Assembly (NCBI RefSeq): GCF_004010195.1
Contig: NC_057720.1
Coordinates: 27,166,212-27,230,211, forward strand
DNA length: 64,000 nucleotides
Origin: Chiloscyllium plagiosum
Taxonomy: Eukaryota
Direction: 5' to 3'
Position numbers and translations under genes: made by a program. Numbering within the stretch: the stretch's first letter is position 1; each line of letters begins with the position of its first letter. Positions 39,116 through 52,150 of this stretch are shown here, one piece after another. The notes under the pieces are model-generated. The model was not told where the DNA came from. It saw only the letters and a list, made by a program, of their open reading frames with translations, and made no database searches.

Positions 39116-39206
39116 GCTGGAAATGTGCTGGAAAAGCGCAGCAGGTCAGGCAGCATCCAGGGAACAGGAGAATCGACGTTTCGGGCATAAGCCCTTCTTC
39201 AGGTAA
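39116..39206 (-). mobile_element. About 90-bp PLE pLTR insertion with intact hammerhead core and 13-bp TSD
   Basis: ATGATGGTAAATA at 39103-39115 and 39207-39219; reverse complement cCTGAAGAaGGGCttatGCCCGAAACGTCga. Confidence 0.88.
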
Positions 39207-40636
39207 ATGATGGTAAATAAAAAGGTAAGCAGCAGGTTAGCATATGTGCAGGAGGATTTAACTCCAAGGCAGACTCTGAAAGAAGGAAACATGAAGGATA
39301 ACTCAGGAGATATTATTAGGGATGTTGGAAATCATGAGGGTATGAAAACTAGCACAAGGGCACTTTACCTGAATGCTCATAGCATTCGTAACAAGGTCGA
39401 TGAGTTACTGGCTGAAATCATCACAAATTAATATGATTTAGTAGCCATTACTGAGACATGTTTTCAGAATGGTCATAACTGGGAGTTAAATATCCAGGGG
39501 TATCAGACTAGAAGATAAGGGAGGTGGTGTAGCTCTGATAGTCAAGGACGACATCAGGGTGATGCTGAGAGTTGATATGGATTCTATGGAGAATAAGGTT
39601 GAATCCATTTGGGTGGAAATTAGAAATTCTAAGAAGAAAACGTCACTGATATGTATAGTCTTAAGGGCACCAAATAATAACATCACATTGGGCAGGAAAT
39701 AAAAAAAGAAATAACTAATGCCTGTAAAAATTGTATGGCAATTATCATGGGGGATTTTAATCTACATGCCGATTGGTTGAAGCAGCTCAATCAGGGTAGC
39801 TTCGAGAAGGAGTTCATTGGGTGCATCCGCAATAGTTTTCTTGAACAGTATGTTATGGAACTGAGGAGCGAGCAAGCTATCCTAGATCTGGTCTTGTGTA
39901 ATGAGATAGGAATAATTACTGACCCCATAGTTAGGAATCCTCTTGGAAGGAGTGATCACCATATGGTTGAATTTAGAATACAGATGGAGAGTGTGAAGAT
40001 AAAATCCAATACCAGGCTCCTGTGCTTAAACAAGTTAGACAACAATTGGTTGCGGAAGGAGTTGGCTAAAGTAGACTGGAAACAAAGACTTTATGGTGGG
40101 ACAGCAGTGGAAGACTTTCAAAGCACTTTTTCAAAGTGCTCAGCAAAAGTATATTCCAGTGAAAAGGAAGGAATGTACGAAAAGGGGTAATCTGCCATGG
40201 TTGTCTAAGGAAATAAAGGAGGTTAACAAATTGAAAAAGAAGACATACAAATTGGCAAAAATCAGCAGGAAACAAGTAGGTCAACAGAAAACCGCAAAAA
40301 GAGCTATAAGGAAAAGTAAGATAGAACATGAGGAAAAACAATCACAGAATATAAAGACATATAGCAAAAGTTTTGATAAAGATATAAAACAAAAAAGAGT
40401 GGCTAAAGTAAATGTTGGTCCTTTGGAGGATGAGAAAGGGCATTTATTCATGGGATATGATGAAATGGCCGAGGCTTTGAGCAGGTATTTTGTGTTGATC
40501 TTCACAGTGGAGGAGACAAATAACATGCCAGTAATTGACAAAGAGATGAATGTAAGTGAGGACATGAAAGCAATCATTATCATGGAAGAGGTAATATTGA
40601 ACAAGCTAATGGAGCCTAGGATAGATAAGTCTCCTC

Positions 40637-40742
40637 GAAAAAAGTGAGGACTGTAGATGCTGGAGATCAGACTCAAGAGTGGGGTGCTGAAAAAGCATAG
40701 CAGATCAGGCAGCATCCAAGGAGCAGGAGAATCAATGTTTCT
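40637..40742 (-). mobile_element. PLE pLTR fragment inserted in CR1 ORF2
   Basis: 'aaagtgaggactgtagatgctggagatcag...gcagcatccaaggagcaggagaatcaatgtttc'. Confidence 0.8.
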
Positions 40743-41497
40743 ACAATGATGGAATGTATCCCAGGGTACTAAAAGAGATGGCAGGAGAAATAGCAAGTGC
40801 ACTTGTTGTAATTTTCCAAAATTTGCTGGACTCTGGGGCAGTTCCAGCAGATTGGAAAGCAGGAAATGTGACACCATTGTTTAAAAAGGATGGTAGACAA
40901 AAGATGAAGAACTATATACTGGTTAGCTTAACTTTTATAGTGGAGAAAATGCATGAGTCTCTCATCAGGGAAGAAATATAAGGCATCGAGATAGAAATTG
41001 TCCTGTTAGGCAGACACAGCATGGGTTCATGAAGGGCAGGTAACTAATAACTAATCTTTTCAAATTCTATGAAGACTTTATGAGTATGGTGGATAACGGG
41101 GACCCAGTAGATGTGGTGTATCTAGATTTCCAAAAGCCCTTCAACAAGGTGCCGCACGTGAGGCTGCTGCACAAGATAAAGATGCATGATGTTTCGGGTA
41201 AAGTATGAGCTTGGATAAAGGATTGGTTGACTAATAGGAAGCAAAGAGTGTGGATAAATGAGTGTCATTCTGGTTGGCAATCAGTAACTAGTGGTGTATC
41301 TCAGGTTTCAATTCCATGTGATCTGACATCATGATGATGCACTATAGTTTTTGCAGAACAACTATTAATGTCTTATGCTATAGTCATCAACAAAGATAGC
41401 TCAATAAAGTATACTAACGAGATAAGTAAATCAATCTCCTCCTGACACGTTCTGGTTTGAACTAGACCTTTGTTGGAACAAGCTGTGGCAATACATC

Positions 41498-41595
41498 ACT
41501 TTCCTGATGAAAGGCTTTTGCCCAAAACATCGACTCCCCTTCTCCTAGGATGCTTCCTGATCTGCTGTGCTTTACCATCACTACACTTTTCAACT
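41498..41595 (+). mobile_element. PLE pLTR fragment with decayed hammerhead
   Basis: ttcCTGATGAaaggcttttgcccaAAAcatcgac. Confidence 0.78.
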
Positions 41596-41749
41596 TTTTG
41601 GTATTGTACCATCAAGTTCAGTGAGTGTTCTTCCAAAAATATCATGCCCTCTAAACGTTAGCTTGCTTTCTCTCTGTGGATGCTGTCTGACCCACCGTGA
41701 TTTCCAGCATTTATTGTTTTCATGCCCATATTATAACAAGGATATCTTT

Positions 41750-42310
41750 GTAGTCAGCTTACTTAATTAGCTGGATGACTGATTTGTGGCGTAGTGATGG
41801 CAACAGTGTGGGTTTAATTCTCACACTTGCTGAGGTTACCACGAAGGACGTGTCTCTTCCTCTCACATGAGGTGTGGGAACCCTGATCATTTGTCTCTCA
41901 CTCTCTAATGAGAAAGAAGCCTTATGATTTGGTAGAATTATGGCTACATTACCTTTTTAATCCAGAGACCACACTTTATGCTTTGGGTGCATTGTTTCAA
42001 ATCCCACCATGGGAGCTTGGGAGTTGAATTCAATTAATGAATAAAAATTGATTTAATAATTCTGGAATGAAAAAAACAATTTCAGTAATGGTGATTACAA
42101 AACTCCCATTGATTGTTGTGTAAAATCATCTGGTTCATTAATGTCCCTTTAGGGAACAGAAATCTACTGTCCTTGATTGACCTACATGTATTTCTAAATC
42201 CATAGCAAGTGATTGACTCTCTACTCTCTGAGATCCCCAGCAAACCTCTCAGGCAATGTAACAATTAGAGACATGCAACAAAAGGCCCAAATCTCATGAA
42301 AGGATTAAAA
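41750..42310 (+). mobile_element. Two adjacent old SINE remnants
   Basis: Degenerate B boxes (ggtttaattctc; gtttcaaatccc); 41830-41960 resembles 32050-32190. Confidence 0.5.
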
Positions 42311-43599
42311 AAGAGGAGGGATCTTGTAATTTTGCAGCTTGGTAGTTTGCTATGTAACCATCTATTTAATTCACTGAACTTACTTGTTTGGCACATGCAA
42401 AACAATAAAGAGATTTCTGTGACACAAAAGAGCATGATGCAGTGTACACAGGTTCATCATTACAACTGCATTTTTTATTTTCTTTCAATCTGTAATTCTC
42501 ATTTTTGGAAAAGAAAATATGTCAAAAAATCATTTTAAATGTTTGACCTCTGAGATGTTTCTTTGGATGCCTGGAAGGGCAGTGATGACCTGCTTTTTCA
42601 ATGGCTAAGTCCTTGCAAGTGACCATGATCTGGTGGCGTATTTTAGTCACAGCCTTCTTGATAAACTTCAGTATCCTAATGTGCTACTTCTTTCACTCAG
42701 TCACATAGCTACCCATTGTATTGATATGTTATGACAGATAAACTGCTGAGTTATTACCCCTCTAGCTTGTGCCCAAGCCCACCCCAACCCACTCCTTTCA
42801 GCTCACCCGTTGATGTAATAATTGCCCTTTTCCCCAACTCCAACTCCTCTTCACTATCGCTGCTCCCCCACCCCTCTTATTCTTTCATCATCCTCTGCCG
42901 AGGTAAAATGATCCCGTCTCCTCTCTATCCATGCTTAACCTTACATCAGCACTTGGCTGTCACTAGTTATGTCCAAAAACCATGGCAGATTTTTTTTTAA
43001 ATTAGAAAAAGATGTAATTCCAAAACCAAGCTATATAAAATTTTTTGTACTAAATAATACAAAAAAGCTCCCTAATAAAAATCACATCATTTTATTGATA
43101 GTTTCAGGCTAGTTTTAAAATATATGAAGCTAGTGCTCCCCAGGTGGCTGCAGAGTGAATTCCCACATGTTTCATGAAACTCGATTGTAAGGAAATCCCC
43201 ATTGCACCTGCACAGTCACTTTCTTCCAAGCACAATTCATTAAGATATTTGGTGATACATTTTTGAGATTAGTAAAAGCAAAACTTGTATGGCCAAATGT
43301 TTATTCCTGTTCCAAGCTTTCCTAAAAATTATATTTGATTCCCTGTCTTACTCCATTGGAGACAATTTCTGTCTTTGTAAGTGCATAATTAACGTAAACG
43401 TCGACTGATCTCACCACAACAAAAGATAGTTACTTTTACTGCATGGGAAGCTTGGAAACACTGAATTCTTTGTTCTACAAAAAATGTTTTGCATCTATTC
43501 TCTCATTATATTAATAGCCAAGTGCTGACTTAAGGCTAAGCATAGATAGGAATGAGAAACATCGTGGCAGCATAAACTATGATCCTGTATACATTCATT

Positions 43600-44880
43600 T
43601 AGGAATGTCTAAGGACTTCAGTAGTGAGGAAGGAGGAGGAAAGCACAGGTGTTGCAAGTCTTGTGATGCATGGACAGATGCTGTGAGAATAGGACAGGGT
43701 ATAAGGTAGGATTGAGGAGTGGATAGAGGGTTATGTAGGGGGTAGTTCCTTTGAATGCCAAAAGAGATGTGTTTGGTGGTGGTATCATAATGGAGATGGC
43801 AAAAATGAGTATAGAGGCTGGAGAGGTAAAACATGAGAAAGGGTCCAAGTTCTCTGGTCCTGACAGAGACGGGTGAGAGCAGCAGAACAGATAATGACTG
43901 GATACAGTTGACTGCCTCATCAGTCCGATGTGGGGAAATCCTCACTTGTGGAAATATAAAGCATCTCAAAAATTTGAACATCAGAAAAAAAATGTGATGG
44001 AGACAAAGCAATTGAGAGAATGGAGTTCTTGAAAGGTGTGAAGAAATAATTGAAGTAGCCGTGGGGCATTGGGTTGAAGATGAATATTAGTTGATAGCCT
44101 ATTGCTAAAATTGGAGACCAAAGAGTCAAAGAGGAAAGGGAAAAGTCAAAGATGGACCAAATGAAACTGAAAAAAAGTTGGAAATTGCAAGAAAAGTTGA
44201 TGAGATTTTCAATTCAGGGTGAGAACAGTTATATAGACATATAACTATATAGTTATAGTTAAAGGAAAAGTTAAAGGAAAATTTGTTCAATTAAAGAACA
44301 ATGTTCAGTCAGGTGGAGAACAATTGAAGTCAGTGGAGATTGCTCAGGCCTCCACACAAAGAAGTGAAAAAGTGAGAGTTTTCAGACTGTCGTGGGCATG
44401 AATGGAACCATAGACATATTGGACATCTATAATGAAGAGAAGGAAATGGCCAGAAAATTGGAGTACTACGACAGTGACAGTGGACATAGAAGAGTCACAG
44501 CAGAAGATGGGAAAGGCTGGACAAGATCAGACAAAATGTAGAAGGTAGGAAGAAATCAGTTCTGCAGGGCATGAATAGGATGAAATGATGGGTCTACCAG
44601 GGCACTCCTATTCATGGATCTTGGGGTAGAGGCACAAGCAAATAACTCAATTGATTTGGGTAACTATGAGGTGGGAAGCTGTGAACTCAAGAAGATGAGA
44701 TCAGTGATTGCTCTGGAAACAATTTACTTGATCTTCAGTGGAGGAGTTATCATCCAGATGGAGGTAGAAGAAAATGTCAAAGAGTTGGCATTCAGCCTCT
44801 GTAAGACAGAGGTCGGTTTGTCTTGAAACAGCAGAAACTCCCCTCGTCAGCATTTTTAACAACAATGTCAAGGTGAGACC
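43600..44880 (-). mobile_element. Highly decayed PLE body
   Basis: Purine-rich, collinear similarity to 25440-26540 and 28340-28900 (linker CKTC-like motif near 43640-43670). Confidence 0.65.
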
Positions 44881-46234
44881 TGATTACATCCTCCACAGGA
44901 ACTGTTACAACAATGATATGGACATACTCCAATCCCCTGGCACGTTTTCTGCCATACAACATCTCATCAATGATTATCTGTTTCAATTCTCCTTCAGAGT
45001 ACTCTTATTTACCAACCTCCAAGTAACCTGATAAATCACTTACAACAGTTCCCTGCTCAATGAGCCTTCATACTTTGAAAGTACTCAACTGTAGCAATTT
45101 TAACATTTGCCTAAATCCCCTTAGCTACTTATCTCTGAAAACTGTCCTCATTCAATCTCACATTATATATAAACTTCACAATTCCTGTGAACTCAAAAAA
45201 TCTAAAGTAAGGACTGCCACTTCTTCCCAATGAAAACTGAAGATAGCACAACTCTTCTGTTCACCCTCTTCCTTTCCATCTGCAAATGCAAGCAACTTTC
45301 TAATTTTGCAGTCTGATTGATCAGATCACCAACTTACATCCTTCTCACCTCAGGCTTACTTCAACTCTTCCATGCCTTTTGTCTGACCATACAAAACCCT
45401 GCATGTTCTTCTCAAATATTCTTATTCCACCAAGCTTTTTTTTTCTGAAGGCAAATTCCTCAACTGCCTCATGATGCAGCGCCCTACCCCAATTGACACA
45501 TATCTTGTTGATATTATTAATGGTTGTTTCTTTTAAGGCTGTTTGCTTTCAAAATTGTCATAATTTCTCAAACTTTCTTGCATCCATTGCCTTCTACTCT
45601 TCCACCTGCAATCTTTTTTTCCTTGATGATGTTATTTTGATGAAGTTATATGGCGATACTTTTGTTGTTGACATCTTCAAAAAATTTTTCCTCCTATCAA
45701 TTAGTCCGCATTGAATTCTTTTGACAGTACCGATGTTTGAGGTCACCGACAAGTGTAATGCATTAGCCTTTGATATTTTCCTTGACCTCCTGTGATGTTT
45801 GACAGCTGGCAGCCACATTCATCACTTGACAACTACTGTGCAAAATGAGTATTTATCTGACATCAAATTTTGGATGAGCAAAAAACTCAACTCAAACATA
45901 GAAAATTCTGAAGCTTTCCTGTCTGGTTCCTTGCAAATTTTCACAATTTCATTCCTTATTCCATGGTACATTGCTCAGATTGAATCTAATGGCTTGCTTG
46001 ACCCTGCACCACATTTCAAACTCCACAGTTTGGCTAAAATTATTTTCACTATCATCACCCAACATTCTTGCTTGAATGCTTTCCAAACCATCATCACTTG
46101 CTGACTTGATAACTCCTTGCAAATTGGCCAACAGTCCACTACTACCATTCTACCAATGCTTCCATCACCCTGTCCTGACCAACTGTCATTGCTGATCTGT
46201 TCCTCAATGCATTAAATTCAAAATGTGTCATTTG

Positions 46235-46710
46235 AATCTGGGTTGAAGATTCTGACTTCAAATCCCATGTCAGGACTAAAGTATGAATATCAAGGCTGGC
46301 AAGGCTCCAGTGCCATGATGAGGGAATGCTACATTGTTGAAAGTGCAGTTAAACTGAGGTCCTGTCAGTCCACTTGAGCGAATGTAAAAGGTCCTATGGT
46401 ACAATTTTGTAGAGTTTAAGGTGAGAGTAGAAAGATTTAAAAAGGACCTGAATGCTAACATTTTCATACAGAGGATGGTACTGGCTCTATGACTCTAAGT
46501 GTGTGGGTGTTATTTCCAATGTTCTGGCCAATTTTTCTCCTCCGTTAACTTCACAAAAACAGATGGTCTGGCCATTATTACATTGACGTTTATGGGAGTT
46601 CTCTGTGTGTAAACTGACTGCTGCATTTCCTACAATAGCAATTAAAATTCAAAAGTAGTTCAATGAGATGTTGAGTGACCATGAAACGTGCTATTCAAGT
46701 GCAGGTTATT
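46235..46710 (+). mobile_element. Deu-domain SINE (SacSINE1/AmnSINE1-like), interrupted by a small CR1 piece
   Basis: 'gttaaactgaggtcctgtc...gtaaaaggtcctatggtac...tgttctggccaat' resembles the Deu core; L2-type tail. Confidence 0.6.
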
Positions 46711-47069
46711 TTCTTTAAAACACATATTGTCATCTCCAAATGCTTCCGTAGGTTCTTGCAAATCTGGAACGTTTGGATTTATCCCCCACCAGTTTCGGTT
46801 GCAGAGCCCACAGCCATCTTAGCCCCGATATACAGAGAATAATTGAGGTTCACTTTAAATACTTGTACTTCTTTCTATTTGATTGTTATTTTAATATTCA
46901 GCGATTACCATCTTTGCGAAGGGTTTAGCATAATTGGGGACAATAAAGGTGCTTGTATAATGTAGATTTTTATGACATATTGAGAAGCAAACTAACATCC
47001 CAAATGACCTACGAATAGCATTTCCAATGTGCACTGTTTACTATTTCCTATGTCTGACCACCTTTAGCG

Positions 47070-49700
47070 GGCATAATTCGGGCTAAGTTTCCGAGTTTAT
47101 TAGATTCACTTGCTTCTTCTAATGGGCAACGGCGTGCGCCTCAACGAAGTGCTCTTTGACTTCAGTTTCGGGGATGGGTGAAGGCATAGGCTCCAAGTTC
47201 GGCAACACTGCTGCATCCTTCCCGACACAGTTCCATCTCGGTTTTAAATCTACTGTGTTGGACCTGGTCTTCCGGACTATTCGCTTTTAAGAGTGTATTG
47301 AAATTGCGTGCGAACACTTTTCGTTTGCAATTTAAAAAATGCTACATCAGACTTCACCAGCACCAAAGCAGCACCAGAGTTTGCAGTGTTCGGTTCCCCG
47401 CTGCATTTGGCAGCATAATTATGGCCACGTATCTATCGCACCAGCTGCTTCAGTCCTGCTGTATATTTTGGAGGTTTCCGGGTTCATCCTGCGCTTTGGG
47501 AATGTTCGCTTCGCGTCCTCGAGAGGAGTCCCAGCCCGCCGACGTCACAATAGGAGCATTATTGTGAGTGAGTCCCCCACCACTCAGCGAAATTCTTCAG
47601 GAGGGCAAGCCCCTGCCCCGCCCCCTCCCCAACCCTGAGCGACCTATCAATCCACGCCCCACCCCTCCTCCTCCTCCTCCCCCCCCCCACCCCCAAAGAC
47701 ACACACAGCCCACGAGCGCATTTCGCTTTGGATGACGCCATCAGCGGGCGAGGCCGAAGACTGCCGAAGGCGTTCGGGCGGACTCGGCGGCGGGCGACGG
47801 TTTGGCTTCGGCGTCCGTGGAAAGTGTGTTAAGTAGCGCTTGGGAGTAAAAAGAGACGCGGCTGGGGTGAGATCGAGTCCCCGCACCGAGACCGAGAACG
47901 GTTGGACAGGACGAGAAAGAGCGAGAAGCACGCAATTGTACCAAGACATAAAAGTTGAAAGGTAGAGGAGAGTTGCATCTCTGGGTGCGGCTCGAGCGGG
48001 AGGAGGTGAGAGACTCGCTGGAGGTTGTCCGTGTGCCCGGGCTTGGGAGTTACGGGCATCGTGAGCCGGGGCAGCTGGACATTATGCTCGGAGCTGAGGG
48101 AGACTTGAGACGGCCGTCTGCGGTGAGTAGTGAGGCACCAAAAATAAATATTCCGCGGGACGAGATCTCATTTTAAATTTGAAGGAGTTTGACATGAGTT
48201 GTGTGTGTTTGTGTTTGCTGTTGAATCCGCAAAGCCGCAGGTGAAGAAGCTTGGGCACCGATCTGTCTGCAGCTCGCCAGCCGCCTGTTGAAGCGGACCC
48301 TGGTGTTGTTTCTTGTTGTTGTTGTTGGTGTAAAGCAAGCGTCGTGAGGGACTGAAGCGCCTGTATTATTTTTTTTTGATGTGTGATTTCCACCGCCCCG
48401 ATCCTCGAAATCGAGCCACTTCTTGTGTTTCGTTTCATTGGAGGTTTTGTCAAGAAAGGCGAAAAAAAAAACAAAACAACCCTTCTCAGAACCAACCCCC
48501 CTACCGAAACCAGACTCCCGCCTGTTGAAAGCGAGAGACAAGAAAACAAACGAAGCGGCGATTGGAAATTCGGCCGTAAAACTTAAATTAGAAACACAAA
48601 GGGAGTCCGAAAACAAAACACGTTCTGGTAGAAAACGGCCAGTTTTTTTTGCTGGAGTGTTCCGCCTCTCGAGCTCTTTCTTCTTCTGGTTGAATGGGGT
48701 TAGGTTTATTCCAACCAGATTAGCTACTGAAAAGGATCTGTTTGAATGTGATTTTTGTGGATCTTGAGTCTAACCGAACGTTGAAGGAAGTGGATTTGTC
48801 CTATTTTGAATTCCAAACTCTTCGACCCCCCCCCCCCCCCCTCCCTCCATCGCGTTTAATAAGTGCGGTCAGGTCGTGCTTGATTTTTATTAACATTCTG
48901 GTTTTAGACTCACATCGATAAATGAGCATCGTGCCTCGGGACACTATTCTTATTTATTGGGATGAAAAGTATGCCCTTGATTTCAAAATAATTTCCACAA
49001 TCCAAGGAACTCCGCGTCGCCTTGATGTTGAATTGAGTTTGAGGAAGGGGATATTTAAAAATGGTGAAAGAAAGCATCTGCCAACTAGAGAAATAACAAT
49101 AATTTAGCTTACGTTTACTGATTGACGACATATGCTCATTTTTGGTAACCTTTAGTTAGAATATTATGTCTTAAACATATTTATTCGCCTATCAGTCATA
49201 TTGAAAGGCTTTTTTATGTTTTAGGTTGGGTTTGATTTTACGTTTCCAAGTGACCAGACCGGTGTCTTGGTTTAATTTTTCTATTAGAATCTGTAATGAC
49301 CTGCAGTTAGATATGTGAAATTCCTTCTTAGCTCGCCAATTGATCAGTCCCGTATGTTTGATTTTCAATTTTAGTTTTGGACTTGATTTTCTTGTTTGCT
49401 TCTCACGAATTGTATGTTTCAAATGGTAGCGTCGGCTCCCCCATAGGAGACCTCAGAGGTTGGGTGGTGAGTTGAGCTTGATAGACGAGATTGTGCAATT
49501 CGGATCAATATATCTGATCGGATGGAGACGCTCCTTACTCGGAGACTTGATACTCTCCAAAAGCTCAGCGTGTAATTTTATCCCGGCGTCCAAAGGTTAA
49601 TTCAGATTTATTGTGAAGGGCGACTTAAGACGCGTTCGCATGTTTTGTAAATGTGACTTTTGTTTTCAAATTCAAACGACATTCGGATACTCTTTTTGGA
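47070..49700. promoter_or_regulatory. CpG island / promoter of an unidentified gene
   Basis: Abrupt CpG enrichment in repeat-free DNA; CRE-like GACGTCA 47541-47547, GC box GCCCCGCCCC 47615-47624, KLF-type CCACGCCCC 47652-47660, TGACG 47733-47737. Confidence 0.88.
47740..48122 (+). other. Probable first exon (start approximate)
   Basis: GC-rich tract downstream of the promoter motifs, ending at consensus donor GCG|GTGAGT (48123) and followed by T-rich intron-like DNA. Confidence 0.65.
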
Positions 49701-51839
49701 ATTTAACGTCGTCCAATTAAAGTATTTGGGTATTGATGTATGTTGTAATTCACATGCACTCATTGTTGAAAATCGTGGAGAAAGGTAAACATGAAAGCCT
49801 TGAGAGTTTTCCATGCAGCCAGACCGAGTAGCCTGGCTACATTGTGCTTCAATACTGTGTGAATTCTGCCCTAGCTTTGCGTGCAAACGATCAACTGGTT
49901 CACATCGGAAATGCCCGGACTCTTGTGTTCAGATAGCATCCATCCATTGATGCTACAATCTCTCATTTTGGTATTTACCGAAAAAATAAATTAAGGTTTC
50001 TGTATTTTAAAAATACTTAGCAAATATATAAGATTTACCTACATTCCACGTGTTAGAACATTAATAGTTAGTGGCATATTAGTAATGCTGGGCAATATAA
50101 TTTTACTGAAATCCTTTTATGTAGTAAATTAAGTTTTTCTCATATTGTTAGAAATTTCAACCGATACCAATTAAGTATTTTGAAGCCTTAAGGGTTGTTT
50201 TTGAAAGCATGTTTTTCTGTATTCTATCTTTGTTATTGGAGCCATCTTGTTCTCAACTCATTACAATTATGTTTGACTTGCATCAATCTTCCCAAGCGCA
50301 GAAATTGATTCTCACTGAATAAAATTACTTGGTGGCTTCTCCAGAGTTTGACAGTGCACTTTTTTTCGTTTTGTGTTTTTTTTTAGATTTTTGTGGGCTT
50401 TTGTTTTGCCAAAAATGCAATTGCTGCCTCTGACACATTCACAATTAGATGTACAAAATTATCAAGTTCCTCTTTTATCATGGTGAGTGTAAGTAGGATG
50501 TTTTTGGCTGAAGTAGGAGGAATTTATCACAATAATATGTCTTTAGTTCAGGAGTGTGAATTGCAGATTACAAATTCTATTCATTTCCCACCCACCTAAA
50601 AACAAAATGGTTCAAGTTTGCTCTTCTAATTCTTGGAAGTTTGTGAAATGTAAATTATATATGGAAGTTTAATATATTAAAATTCTGACTATGCAGACCT
50701 GTTAAATTTGTGAGGGTCATTGCATGAATAATCTATTTTTAGATTTTTAAACTTTCTTGTTTGATGTTGTATCTTTTAATAGTTAAAATAACTCTTGTGA
50801 AGACCTGTATTCTTATCATTTCACAATAGCATATTGCTTATACTCCTGGGACTTAACAACATTTCAATACAAAATACTCCAAAGTGACTTACTTTCTAGA
50901 CTGGATGAGCTGAGAGATAAACACCTTGTCATTTTTGGAGTCTTTTTGTTTATTTAATACTTAATTGATTATTTCTGACTTGGTGTAAATGTATAAACTA
51001 GTTGTCTGATATGTACCAAAGGTTTAATACTCTTCAGGATTTTTTTCTCTAGTTTAAAGGTCAGTTACTATGAAGTAGCTATGAAGACTTAAACATTGGG
51101 GTGATTAAAGCTATTGACTTTGGCCTCAGCGCTAACTTGTTGACTCCAACCCGAGTGATTGTTGCCTCCTCCACACCTTTGATCTTGAGTTGAATCAGAT
51201 GGCTGGCAACTTATTTCACCTTGAGCTGAGTTTCTGACCGTAAATGTTTCCACCTTACAGACAATTACGTAAGAACAAAGGCAAAAGAAACTTCACCATC
51301 CATGCTTCAGCTCACCTGCACCCAAAAATCTCAACTACATGTTTATCACCTCCAGAATTAACTGATTAAAGCTTTCCTGGTGAATCTGCTATCCTTAATT
51401 TTCTATAAACTTCCAACTTGTCCTAAACTTTGCTGTCTTTATTTTTTTTTCAAAATAAGCAAATTTTACAGTATAGACTAGTTGTGCAGCTGTTTAAAAC
51501 TTCAGTTTTCTGCATTTGTTTGTGAAACAAAACAAAAATATTAGTACCCTTGAATTCAAAATTGTCATGATCAATTGAATCCATTCAAAATATCCTAACC
51601 TGCACAAGACCCATTTGACAATCAACCTCATGTTGTTGATTTACAATGGTCTACAGTTCTCCAACACACAAAGTGTGAATTCTCATCCATGTGATTAAAT
51701 CACCTTTGCTATCTCTGTAATGTCTGGCCTAAAAAAGCCTCTAACAGATTTCTTCAACTTTCCTCCTTTTCTCCTTTTAAAGGAGCAGTTATTCCCAGAG
51801 AGAGATGCATGTCTCACCATATAAATTTATTTACTTTTA

Positions 51840-52150
51840 TTCATTTGTTCAGGGAATGTGGGTGTAGGGCAGTTGAGAGTCAACCACATTGCTTGGGTCT
51901 GGAGTCACATGTAGACCAGAACAGGCAAGAATGGCAAATTTCCATGCCTAAAGGACATTAATGAGCCAGATAGGTTGTTAAACTGGTTCTTCAGCGTTTG
52001 ATGTGCACTTTTACATGGTTGCTATTAGGCTAGCTTTTTTATTTTACATATTTTTATTGAATCTACATTTCACCAATTACCATGGTGAAATTCAAATCCA
52101 TGTCCTCAAGGCATCAGCCTAGGGCTTTAGATTATCATGATACCACCACT
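51840..52150 (-). mobile_element. Old SINE remnant
   Basis: Reverse-strand similarity to the SINE at about 41960-42310. Confidence 0.5.

Larger units (their letters stand above)
37930..41305 (+). mobile_element. Long decayed CR1: ORF1 (Cys motif and SGNH esterase) plus ORF2 endonuclease and part of RT
   Basis: CCSCMMWE near 38000; VVVIGDSIIRG and VVVHVGINNIG (ORF 38363-38899); LYLNAHSIRNK; IIMGDFN; SDH; RT motifs up to 41300. Confidence 0.92.

Noticed and set aside
44240..44256. AT-rich palindrome ATAACTATATAGTTAT
   Set aside because: Low complexity within a decayed PLE.
47298..48767. Many overlapping ORFs in the CpG island
   Set aside because: Expected from high GC content and few stop codons; no recognisable domains.
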